Assembly (NCBI RefSeq): GCF_037042905.1
Contig: NC_087245.1
Span: 38,628,001-38,692,000, forward strand
Direction: 5' to 3'
Length of the DNA: 64,000 nucleotides
Source: Lytechinus pictus
Lineage: Eukaryota
The notes under the pieces were generated by a model. The model had not been told where the DNA came from and searched no databases. It saw nothing but the letters and a program-made list of their open reading frames with translations. Within the stretch, counting starts at the first letter, position 1, and every line of letters begins with the position of its first letter. This document shows positions 50,991 through 62,868 of the stretch, one piece after another. The translations under genes and the position numbers were made by a program.

Positions 50991-52402
50991 ACTGTGTGAC
51001 CCATATTTCTCTTGCCTCTTGTACATGTACAAGTCCAGGGGCCCATTTCATAAAGAGTTACAACTGATGTAACCTTGCCATTATGGCAACTACCATGGCA
51101 ACAGGGCTCAGCAGCCTATCAGAATCAAGGTTGCCATGGTAGTTGCCATAATGGCAAAGTTACAACAGTTGCAACTCTTTATGAAATGGGCCCCAGATCT
51201 GTGTTCTGCCATCCTTTCTTAGGCTCCTTTTTTGTCTTCAAGGTGGAGGGTAGATAAGTTTTAATTCCTTTGGAATTCTTGGATGGCTGTAGGCTGAAGT
51301 AGTGAGTTTTGGATTGGTCAGTTTGGTCAGGTAAGAATGGAGACGACTCGCAAGCAAACATTTTCCAAAATGGTTCAAATGTAACCCATCTTGGGAGAAA
51401 GCATCATCATTATATATAATCCAATTATTATTATAATCGAAGTCCTCACAACAACTGAAGAAAAAGCAGTTCAGCTTAATTGCAAAGTTTCTCAAATTTT
51501 CCTTGTAAATTAACGACAATTCGTATAAATCTTGTCGGTCCCAACGGGGAAAAATGCTCAAGGAAATAACTGTTGCTGACCGAATACTTCTCTCACTGTC
51601 TGGTACAATTCAAAATAGTGTTGACAGTCAAGCGACCACAATCCACACTCTAAATTGTTTGTGCCACATGCAGAACAACAAAATCTGTTTCAAAAAAAAA
51701 AATAATAATTGTCAGTTCTCAGATTGTTCTTTAAACTTGAGGCGCAACACACTCGCAGTGCTTGTATCTCACTCCTATGGCTTGTGCTACCACGTCTAGT
51801 TGTGAAGAATCTCAATGCCACAAAGAGTTGCAGGGATGCAGGTAATGCTCTGATCTTCTTTACATGCTACAATTCGTCACTGGATTTTGTTATGAGGTAC
51901 ACAATTTGTCTTTGGTCAAATCTATACTTTTTGAACATGTCTATGTCATCATAGATATCAAAAGGATTTGGTCTATCGCGGAAAATTCTTTCTCGTTAGA
52001 GAGCAGCAGCCCTTTACCTATTCACATATCTAGTTAAATGACTCCTCTTATCCCATCTCTTCCGTAGTCCAAGGTGATGAACAGTTGCAGCTGCCCTGGA
52101 AGGGCACAACTTCTTCCTGCTGGGTGCTCCACTCCTTCCCAAACAAATCTATCGGCCTCATGCACCCATTTCTAGTGAAGCGATACTTCTGTATGATTCT
52201 CCACATCACTAAGCTCCATGTGATGCATCCTATCTCTAAATACCCTCTCCCTCCTCAGTCGACATCTTTCCTCAGCTTGCAATGCAAGGAATGCAGCCAT
52301 CTTGCAGCTTGGTCTTGAAAGCAGCAGCACCCTAGCAACAGTGGTCTGGGACTGTGTTTTACGAGCCTCATCAATTCCCTTTGTTTTTTTAATTAGCTTC
52401 TT

Positions 52403-52834
52403 TGGCCCAAATTCTCGAAAGGTGGCTAACTTAGCACATGGGCTAAATCGCGTCATTTGACGTCACTTTTGCCCAAACTTCTGCTCAAAGCTGGCTATAA
52501 CTGCCTCCCACGCTGCTGTTCTTTTCCTGTTAGTGTGAATGTCTGACATTTATTAGCGAATATTTCAGCATTGTCGTGGATGATTTCGAGAAGGTAATTG
52601 ATCTCGGACGATTGCCAGTTGGCACATCTAACTTTCCCCTCCATTTTGCTGCTATGTGAGTACTGCACACTGCACTGCAAACATCAAAGCTGTACTGAGC
52701 ATGCTCAGTACAGTTTTATGATGCTGATAATAATTTGCTAGCTTCAGTTCATGATTTAGCCGGGTAGGCTAAATATTTAGCCCACCGGGCTAATATTCAG
52801 CTGGGTGTGCTAAATATTTAGCACACCCGGCTAA
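52403..52834 (-). mobile_element. Harbinger-like piece: TIR-like end, second Myb/SANT N-terminus, palindromic subterminal repeats
   Basis: GGCCCAAATTCTCGAAAGG end; RCANWQSSEINYLLEII; multiple TTAGC/GCTAA dyads. Confidence 0.55.
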
Positions 52835-52987
52835 GTTCCTTTGTTTTTTATCAGCTCCTTCCGTTGCTCCCATGTTTTATTAGACGCTTCAGTTGAATTT
52901 CTATCAAATTCACATAAAGCAGCAGTTTGTTTTCACCTTGTATTTGTTTTCATTTATTTATCATATAGTTCCTTATTTTGAATATCT

Positions 52988-53125
52988 TCAGAAATTGACT
53001 GTTAGCATTCTGAGTGCATAGTGAAATTCAATAGGTGTTGGTACAGAGTTCTTGTGCATTACAGCACTGAATAGGTTCTCATGGTATTCCTTGGTAAACT
53101 TAGATGTGGGCACATGCAGGTAGTT
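52988..53125 (-). mobile_element. Second P-element/THAP9-like transposase family fragment
   Basis: TSKFTKEYHENLFSAVMHKNSVPTPIEFHYALR: same motif as the monomer but diverged. Confidence 0.65.
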
Positions 53126-53129
53126 TTCT

Positions 53130-53762
53130 GTTACTACCGTGTTGACTTTGATTTTCAGGGTTCCAATTCTGTTCTTTCCTTTTTTTACAGTTACCAAAAC
53201 TTATTGGATCTCATCATCTTCTGACTCATTGTCACACTCTTCATGTACTTCTTTTACTTCTCTGATATCAATCGGCTGGGTGACTGGCCTCTCATTTTGT
53301 TCTTCAATCTGCTCGTCAATCTGTTAAACCTCAGCTGCATTGTCTTCTGGGGTCTCCTGAACTTCATTATCTTCTTCCAAAGATAGAGAACTGGCATCTA
53401 AGGAAAGTGCAGGGAATTGTATCTTCATTCTAAGTGGTGGAACTTGCCTCGCTGCCTCCCTTGCTTCAACTGCCATCTCTCACAACGGCGCGATTGATTC
53501 TTCTCTCTTTTTCTTCTTTCTTTACTTTCTTGTTCCTTACATAACCACTGGATGCTTCTGTCAGTGGAAGCGACAGACACTGGGTCGAAGAGAGTTTTTT
53601 AGTTTTTATATAGTGCCTCTTTATCCGGGCCATAGATTCGCTCTCATATGTACAGTGTTCACATTTTAGAGTCAGAGGAACGTTGTGGGCCGACCACAAG
53701 TGCATATGATATGCCCCTATCGTGGTGTACCCCGAGCTGCAGTGTTTACACAGGTACATCAT
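53130..53762 (-). pseudogene. C2H2 zinc-finger + acidic ORF fragment (probably TE-borne); diverged relative at about 57480-57745
   Basis: YLCKHCSSGYTTIGAYHMHLWSAH...CEHCTYESESMARIKRH. Confidence 0.55.
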
Positions 53763-53800
53763 AACTGCAATAAAGGGAAAAGAAAAGGAAAGTCACTCCA

Positions 53801-54012
53801 TTATTCCAGGAATCGTGTTGGATTTTTACGACTTTTAGTCAACCAGCTTGTAGGAGGTTCCCTATTATACATCTTCAACCTATCCATATGGACAACCTTT
53901 GGCTTAGTCTTTTCAGATCTTTGGATACGGTACACAACATCAGATAAACGGTGAGTAACTAAATATGGGCCTTCCCATTTGTATTCCAGCTTAGGGCAAA
54001 CACCCTTCTTTT
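53801..54012 (-). mobile_element. Gypsy integrase C-terminal (GPY/F) fragment
   Basis: KKGVCPKLEYKWEGPYLVTHRLSDVVYRIQ...KVVHMDRLKMY. Confidence 0.85.
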
Positions 54013-54014
54013 TT

Positions 54015-54640
54015 TGTGACTGCCTTATCAGTGGATGTTTTGCTATGTTCATGAAGTGAAGTCTTGCTGATCTGGCATTGAGTAGACAGGTAGAAATGCA
54101 TTTGGAGGGATCCACTATGTCGAATCGCAATGGCATGGCCTTTTCTCTTTTCAACCACAACTTTTGGGTCAGTTTTGATCTGCTTCTCTTTGAAATCAGT
54201 CAGGTACAGTCCATTCAGCGTTTTGGAGCCACTCAGGGCAACATGTGCTTTACCAGTATCAAGTGGTCTCTTGAAGGATACTGAACTGTGCTTTACTGTT
54301 GCTCCTTGAACTTTGTGAATGCTGGATGCCCATCAGAGTTTGAGTGGAAATTGCCTTCTGATTATTTTCAGATTGTTACCTTTTGGCGCAAATGCAATTT
54401 CTATTGGTAGTATTAGTGTAACGTCATATGCATATCCTGCCATGTCAATAGGAGCATTCATCCGTGCATTCCTTCCCACACTGTCATTATCAAATTCCAC
54501 AAGAACTGCAATGGATTTCTTGTTAGCAGAAAGTTTGAAATTGACAATCTCGCCTTGTGTTCCATTTGCCAATCCGTCTGAGACATCAACATTGCGGATA
54601 AGCATTACACGTGCACCAACTACTAGTTGTATATTGTCAC
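54015..54640 (-). mobile_element. Helitron/Helentron PIF1 helicase C-terminus plus start of endonuclease
   Basis: VGARVMLIRNVDVSDGLANG...RRQFPLKL.WASSIHKVQGAT...AHVALS, then LLNARSARLH. Confidence 0.8.
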
Positions 54641-57465
54641 CGATTGAAACATCTCCTTTGATGGGGACTTCCTCACAATTCTGTACTGACTACCAAAGAT
54701 TGTCGTGAAACTCATGAGTGTTAGGAACAGGATTCTTCGCCCTCACAGAACTGAACAGGTTTTCGCGACAGTCCTGTGTCAGGCGACTGATAAGGACAAA
54801 TTTATGTCCCTGAATCAGCAGTTCCTCCACAATGGACATTATTGACTGTGTTGTTATGATTACACCAGTCTGTACAGGCTTCAAGTGACCCTTCCATCTG
54901 ATCTTCATCATCCTGAAAAGGGTCACTGCCTCAGGATTCTAGAGCTCCAATGTACTTCTCCACATTGGAAGTACCAGATTTGAATACCATCCCTATCCAG
55001 ATTTGAATACCATCCTTATGTTGCTTCTATCGTTTTGCAATTTTTCTCTCTTGATTTAGTTTTTTTATTTTTATTATAGCTTGTTTCAGATCAGTGTTTG
55101 TGTTGTGATCTAGCACTGCTGACTGAGTGCGAGCTAGCATAACAGGATAGAAGAAATGTCTCTTTGGACAATATTTTAGGTACAGGTTATGAAACACTTC
55201 CAATTCACCAATGTGACAAGCTTTTGACAGTTGTTTTATGTCATTTACAAGACATTTGTCAATAAGAATTGACTGAAGAGATGTGTTTTCCAACAAGGCT
55301 TCATCTTCCCTAGTTTGGTCATCAAACTGCAAGAAAGCACTGATGATGAGGCTGCACAACGAAGCAGCATATACTTCAAGAGGCTCGTGTGGACGACGGA
55401 CAAGCAGTCAGGACCCGCTGAAACAATGAAACTTCCTCTCTTTTGCAGAGGCCTCCAACAAGTTTTCCTTCATATCTGGTGAGAAGGGATCCCATAGGAG
55501 AAAATCCTGTTCTATCCAGACCTATCCTGAAATCCATGAGTTTGTTTCGTAAACATAAATTTTGCATCAATTGAAACATCTCCATTGATGGGGACTTCCT
55601 CACAATTCTGAACTGACTACCAGAGATCGTTGTAAAACTCATGAATGTTAGGAACAGGATTCTTCGCCCTCACAGAATTGAACAAGATTTCGCGACAGTC
55701 CTGTGTCAGGCGACTGGTAAGGACAAATTTATGTCCCTGAATCAGCAGTTCCTCCACAATGGACATTATTGACTGTGTTGACATGATTACACCAGTCTGT
55801 ACAGGCTTCCAGTGACCCTTCTATCCGATCTTCATCATCCTGAAAAGGGTCACTGCCTCAGGATTCTACAGCTCCAATGTACTTCTCCACATTGGATGTA
55901 CCAGATTTGAATACCATCCATATCCAGATTTGAATACCATCCCTATGTTGCTTCTATCGTTTTGCAATTTTTCTCTCTTGATTTATTTATTTTATTTTTA
56001 TTATAACTTGTTTCAGATCAGTGTTTGTGTTGTGATCTAGCACTGCTGACTGAGTGCGAGCTAGCATAACAGGATAGAAGAAATGTCTCTTTGGACAATA
56101 TTTTAGGTACAGGTTATGAAACACTTCCAATTCACCAATGTGACAAGCTTTTGTCAGTTGTTTTATGTCATTTACAAGACATTTGTCAATAAGAATTGAC
56201 TGAAGAGATGTGTTTTCCAACAAGGCTTCATCTTTCCTAGTTTGGTCATCAAACTGCAAGAAAGCACTGATGATGAGGCTGCACAACGAAGCAGCATATA
56301 CTTCAAGAGGCTCGTGTGGACGACGGACAAGCAGTCAGGACCCGCTGAAACAATGAAACTTCCTCTCTTTTGCAAAGGCCTCCAACAAGTTTCCCTTCAT
56401 ATCTTGTGAGAAGGGATCCCACAGGAGAAATGCTGTCCTATTCAGACCTATCCTGAAATCCATGAGTTTGTGTCGCAAACATGATTTGGCATCAATTGAA
56501 ACATCTCCATTGATGGGGACTTCCTCACAATCCTGAACTGACTACCATAAATCGTTGTAAAACTCATGAGTGTTAGGAACAGGATTCTTCGCCCTCACAG
56601 ATCTGAACAAGATTTCGAGACAGTCCTGTGTCAGGCGACTGGTAAGGACAAATTTGTGTCCCTGACTCGGCAGTTCCTCCACAATGGACATTATTGACTG
56701 CGTTGACATGATTACACCAGTCTGTACAGACTTCCAGTGACCCTTCCATGCGATCTTCATCTTCCTGAAGAGGGTCACTGCCTCAGGAATTCTAGAGCTC
56801 CATTGTACTTCTCCAGATTGGAAGTACCTTATTTGAATACCATCCCTATCCAGATTTGAATACCATCCTTATGTTTCTTCTATAGTTTTGAAAAAAAAAT
56901 CTCTTGATTCAGGAAATCTAGAGCTCAACTGTACTACTCTAGATTTGCAAGCATTAGAGCCATGACTGGTTTCCTGCTTGCTGATATCCAGTAGCTCCCA
57001 TTGCAAATAACAATGATCTCTTGATAGGACACTTTCCCCATTTCTTACATTTTCTCCCCCTCCCAGCCATATCTAACTGATCTTGTGAGAAGATCTCTCT
57101 CAATCTTTTATTTCAAGAAAAAAATCAAATTTCAGTTTCCTGTAAACATTTCCCATTTCTCATATTTCCTCCTCCCCCTCCCAGCCATATCTTACTTATC
57201 TTGTTATATCTCTTTCAATCTTTTATTTGACGAATCAAATTTCAGTTTCCTGTAAACGTTTCCCATTTCTTAATACATTTCTTCTTCCCCCTCCAAGCCC
57301 TATCTAACTGATCTTGTGAGAAGATCTCTCTCTCAATCTTCTATTTTGAAGAATCAATTTTCAATTTCAGCTTTCTGTTTTCTTTGCGCACACCATGCAG
57401 CACCCTCTCAAGTTTCTTCGCCTTGCCCAACAACCTCCTCTCGAGTGATTTACCAATATCCCACA
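54641..57465 (-). repeat. Tandem chimeric monomers, block 4
   Basis: Monomer starts at 54688, 55614, 56540; ends with a locally triplicated P N-terminal segment (about 57030-57345). Confidence 0.85.
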
Positions 57466-58078
57466 CAATAAAATGATCAACATGGGATAATCAGCCTTCA
57501 CCCTCTAACAAATGCTATGTCCATGTCTGACAGTTGTAAAGACCCCGGCTGTAGTTCCTTCCCCTCCTTGACTTTGATGTAGCCACTAGATGCCTCTGAG
57601 ACGGTCCATCGATGAAAGTTTTTCTCTGATGCCTCTAGTTTTCACTTTTCTGAGCAAGTGCGACTCCATGAGCCGACCTAGGTGCATGTGATATGCCCCC
57701 ACCGTGGTATATCCTGAACTGCAATGCTTGGATATGTACATCATCTTAAAACTTCGAATAAAGAGAAAGGGGTAAAGAAATGATGTGAGCCACCCAAGAG
57801 CTCTCTCTCTCTCCATAACTCTAGACGTATTTGCTGCCACCACATGTTTTTATGGGGACATGCCTTTCCCTTTAAAGGGCTGGGGGTCGCTTGTCGGACA
57901 GTCTGGCCATTCAGTAAAACGATTTTGGCTACTTGCTACAAACAGTCTCTCAACTGCCTAGATGGCTAACTAAGTTACAGTTAACTGCACCACGACCAGC
58001 ATGAAATGAGACGATATTTGGCAGACAGATGTATCACATTTTAATTCACTTTTATCTGATTTAAAATAATAAAGCTTA

Positions 58079-58640
58079 CAATTTTTAAGTCAAAATTAAA
58101 ACCCAGAAGCATTTATGTTTGGCCTCCCGATCGAGTCTCGATTTCATTTAATTATTGAACCCCTAGGGCGGCTGGATAGACTCTAATTTTTTTTACGGCC
58201 TTTAACGGGGTGGATATATTGAATACATTAATAACCAGATAGATCTAAGTTAGTTTTATAAGTCTATATAACAAAATTACAATAAAAGAAAGAAAAGAAA
58301 AATAAAAACTGTTGCTTACCTGTCCAATCGATTGCCTTCTCTTGGTTTTTCTTGGTGCACATTTTCTTTCATTGTACTTGTTAAATTGTGCCATTTCTTT
58401 TTTATTTCTGGCACCGATCGCTTGACTGTGGGGTTTGTTGCATTTAGTTTTAAGGCAATTTCTGCCCACGCCTTTTCTTTATCTTGAAAGATGATCTGTG
58501 AATTGAGCTTAGGTCTCGAGATTTCTTCCCTCTCTCTCATTTCGGCTATCAACGTGATTTTCTCTCCTTAGTGAAATTGTCTTTCCTTTTTTTCTCGGCC
58601 TCCATCTTGATATTCAGTATGATGCAATTTTTGCTTACCT
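58079..58640 (-). mobile_element. Second copy of the Myb/SANT fragment
   Basis: Aligns to 42793-43340; DKEKAWAEIALKLNA..RSVPEIKKKWHNL; GTAAGC donor intact. Confidence 0.8.
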
Positions 58641-59825
58641 GTCCGATCCATGCCTGGCTATTGTGACGTCCAATGTTTACAAAAACTAGGTTAGTTCACA
58701 ACGCCCGTGTGTCCCACGAATACAAGTTTTGTTGGTTTATTATGTCTGCTGTATTACAATTTTGACACTTTGAAGGGGGTGGACATGGGAATTCAATTTC
58801 TTATAAATTTCAGCCAAACATTTTCTTTATCAAATTATGTCGACTATCTCTTTAGACTATGTTGGACGGGATTGCAGTGCTTAGAGTAATCAACAGTCAA
58901 CAATTCTTCCATCAATACAGTTACTAATCGGGCCATGTCAAAAAATGTCCATTACTGTAGACGTAGACAGGCCCATGTACATTTGATTACGTTCACACTC
59001 CATACTTTGTTTTTAATTCACTCATCATAACCATAGCTTATCTCCAAATAGGCCTGTTTCTGTAACTCACGGTCTTCTACACAAGTCCAGCCTCGTTTCT
59101 TAGTCAGTTTTATCTATTCTTTTCCAATTCAATTTCCTAAAACATGTTGATGCGATCAGTGCACAACACATCCTTTTCTTTGAATATAAAATTCCATTTG
59201 TCTCAAAACCAGGCCAACTCCAACACTCACCTCCTAGCCACAATCATGTAAACACGTCCGGCCGGTCGGTTCGTGCCTACTAATCTTTTCAATCACCATC
59301 GCTTATAGCAACTGGCCTCAGAGATGCTATCTCCCAGAAACTATGCATAAGACATATCTTGACTAAGAAACAACTTTCTGTTTTTAACCTGGACCATTAC
59401 TTTCAGAGTTAAAACTCTAGTATCACTTTAATTAAATAGGTAAACATACTAAATAAATCGAGCATGGTGATGCACTAAGGAGGGAATTGGGGAGGGGGGG
59501 TACGTCCAAGTCCTTCAATCTCGGCTTTTCCTCTGTACCTTATTATCAAAGATTGTAGGCCTCTGTGACGGCCTAGAAAAAGGATCATCCAAACAGAAAT
59601 TGCATTCTGTTCTAACTCCTTCCAATGACCATCAATGTCTTCCTCTCGATTGGATCATCATTCATTGTCACGTTCCTCAACACCTGGATCCTCCGAGTGT
59701 TTATCAAATGGGGGGGGGGGGGACACTTCACCAAGACTATCATACAAGACTTAAAATATTCATAAAGCATGAATAATTTCATCCACAGCAAACTAATATT
59801 ATATAGAACATTTTTGTAATATGAG

Positions 59826-62800
59826 ATGACCAAAGTGTCTATACTAAGAAAATTTTCATACTATGAAATGACCAAAGTATCTACACTTAGAATATTTTTG
59901 GTCTATGGGATGACCAAAGTGTCTGCACTTAGAATATTTTTGGTCTATGGGATGACCAAAGTGTCTGCACTTAGAATATTTTTGGTCTATGGGATGACCA
60001 AAGTGTCTGCACTTAGAATATTTTCGGTCTATGGGATGACCAAAGTGTCTGCACTTAGAATATTTTCGGTCTATGGGATGACCAAAGTGTCTGCACTTAT
60101 AATATTTTTGGTCTATGGGATGACCAAAGTGTCTGCACTTAGAATATTTTTGGTCTATGGGATGACCAAAGTGTCTGCACTTAGAATATTTTCGGTCTAT
60201 GGGATGACCAAAGTGTCTGCACTTAGAATATTTTCGGTCTATGGGATGACCAAAGTGTCTGCACTTAGAATATTTTCGGTCTATGGGATGACCAAAGTGT
60301 CTGCACTTAGAATATTTTTGGTCTATGGGATGACCAAAGTGTCTGCACTTAGAATATTTTTGGTCTATGGGATGACCAAAGTGTCTGCACTTAGAATATT
60401 TTCGGTCTATGGGATGACCAAAGTGTCTGCACTTAGAATATTTTCGGTCTATGGGATGACCAAAGTGTCTGCACTTAGAATATTTTCGGTCTATGGGATG
60501 ACCAAAGTGTCTGCACTTAGAATAATTTTGGTCTATGGGATGACCAAAGTGTCTGCACTTAGAATATTTTTGGTCTATGGGATGACCAAAGTGTCTGCAC
60601 TTAGAATATTTTCGGTCTATGGGATGACCAAAGTGTCTGCACTTAGAATATTTTCGGTCTATGGGATGACCAAAGTGTCTGCACTTAGAATATTTTCGGT
60701 CTATGGGATGACCAAAGTGTCTGCACTTAGAATATTTTCGGTCTATGGGATGACCAAAGTGTCTGCACTTAGAATATTTTCGGTCTATGGGATGACCAAA
60801 GTGTCTGCACTTAGAATATTTTCGGTCTATGGGATGACCAAAGTGTCTGCACTTAGAATATTTTCGGTCTATGGGATGACCAAAGTGTCTGCACTTAGAA
60901 TATTTTCGGTCTATGGGATGACCAAAGTGTCTGCACTTAGAATATTTTCGGTCTATGGGATGACCAAAGTGTCTGCACTTAGAATATTTTCGGTCTATGG
61001 GATGACCAAAGTGTCTGCACTTAGAATATTTTCGGTCTATGGGATGACCAAAGTGTCTGCACTTAGAATATTTTCGGTCTATGGGATGACCAAAGTGTCT
61101 GCACTTAGAATATTTTCGGTCTATGGGATGACCAAAGTGTCTGCACTTAGAATATTTTCGGTCTATGGGATGACCAAAGTGTCTGCACTTAGAATATTTT
61201 CGGTCTATGGGATGACCAAAGTGTCTGCACTTAGAATATTTTCGGTCTATGGGATGACCAAAGTGTCTGCACTTAGAATATTTTCGGTCTATGGGATGAC
61301 CAAAGTGTCTGCACTTAGAATATTTTCGGTCTATGGGATGACCAAAGTGTCTGCACTTAGAATATTTTCGGTCTATGGGATGACCAAAGTGTCTGCACTT
61401 AGAATATTTTCGGTCTATGGGATGACCAAAGTGTCTGCACTTAGAATATTTTCGGTCTAATGGATGACCAAAGTGTCTGCACTTAGAATATTTTCGGTCT
61501 ATGGGATGACCAAAGTGTCTGCACTTAGAATATTTTCGGTCTATGGGATGACCAAAGTGTCTGCACTTAGAATATTTTCGGTCTATGGGATGACCAAAGT
61601 GTCTGCACTTAGAATATTTTCGGTCTATGGGATGACCAAAGTGTCTGCACTTAGAATATTTTCGGTCTATGGGATGACCAAAGTGTCTGCACTTAGAATA
61701 TTTTCGGTCTATGGGATGACCAAAGTGTCTGCACTTAGAATATTTTCGGTCTATGGGATGACCAAAGTGTCTGCACTTAGAATATTTTCGGTCTATGGGA
61801 TGACCAAAGTGTCTGCACTTAGAATATTTTCGGTCTATGGGATGACCAAAGTGTCTGCACTTAGAATATTTTCGGTCTATGGGATGACCAAAGTGTCTGC
61901 ACTTAGAATATTTTCGGTCTATGGGATGACCAAAGTGTCTGCACTTAGAATATTTTCGGTCTATGGGATGACCAAAGTGTCTGCACTTAGAATATTTTCG
62001 GTCTATGGGATGACCAAAGTGTCTGCACTTAGAATATTTTCGGTCTATGGGATGACCAAAGTGTCTGCACTTAGAATATTTTCGGTCTATGGGATGACCA
62101 AAGTGTCTGCACTTAGAATATTTTCGGTATATGGGATGACCAAAGTGTCTGCACTTAGAATATTTTCGGTCTATGGGATGACCAAAGTGTCTGCACTTAG
62201 AATATTTTCGGTCTATGGGATGACCAAAGTGTCTGCACTTAGAATATTTTCGGTCTATGGGATGACCAAAGTGTCTGCACTTAGAATATTTTCGGTCTAT
62301 GGGATGACCAAAGTGTCTGCACTTAGAATATTTTCGGTCTATGGGATGACCAAAGTGTCTGCACTTAGAATATTTTCGGTCTATGGGATGACCAAAGTGT
62401 CTGCACTTAGAATATTTTCGGTCTATGGGATGACCAAAGTGTCTGCACTTAGAATATTTTCGGTCTATGGGATGACCAAAGTGTCTGCACTTAGAATATT
62501 TTCGGTCTATGGGATGACCAAAGTGTCTGCACTTAGAATATTTTCGGTCTATGGGATGACCAAAGTGTCTGCACTTAGAATATTTTCGGTCTATGGGATG
62601 ACCAAAGTGTCTGCACTTAGAATATTTTCGGTCTATGGGATGACCAAAGTGTCTGCACTTAGAATATTTTCGGTCTATGGGATGACCAAAGTGTCTGCAC
62701 TTAGAATATTTTCGGTCTATGGGATGACCAAAGTGTCTGCACTTAGAATATTTTCGGTCTATGGGATGACCAAAGTGTCTGCACTTAGAATATTTTCGGT

Positions 62801-62868
62801 CTATGGGATGACCAAAGTGTCTGCACTTAGAATATTTTTGGTCTATGGGATGACCAAAGTGTCTGCAT
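59826..62868. repeat. 42-bp tandem repeat array, about 72 copies
   Basis: Unit ATGACCAAAGTGTCTGCACTTAGAATATTTTCGGTCTATGGG, nearly invariant, degenerate at both edges. Confidence 0.98.

Larger units (their letters stand above)
34200..58640 (-). other. Strand-biased mosaic array of transposon coding fragments (candidate uni-strand piRNA cluster; the + strand is antisense to all fragments)
   Basis: About a dozen unrelated TE protein fragments abut one another, all coded on the minus strand, and are tandemly amplified. Confidence 0.7.

Noticed and set aside
37319..57465. CRISPR-like repeat-spacer organisation of the fragment array
   Set aside because: The recurring short motifs (e.g. gctacaaccatgaatagttgcagc) translate as Harbinger transposase, and the intervening pieces are themselves repeated rather than unique spacers
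37319..57465. Functional multi-exon THAP9-like or domesticated transposase gene
   Set aside because: Copies carry frameshifts and stops, mix unrelated families and lack consistent splice sites
59826..62868. CRISPR array
   Set aside because: Units are contiguous with no unique spacers; eukaryotic context, no cas genes
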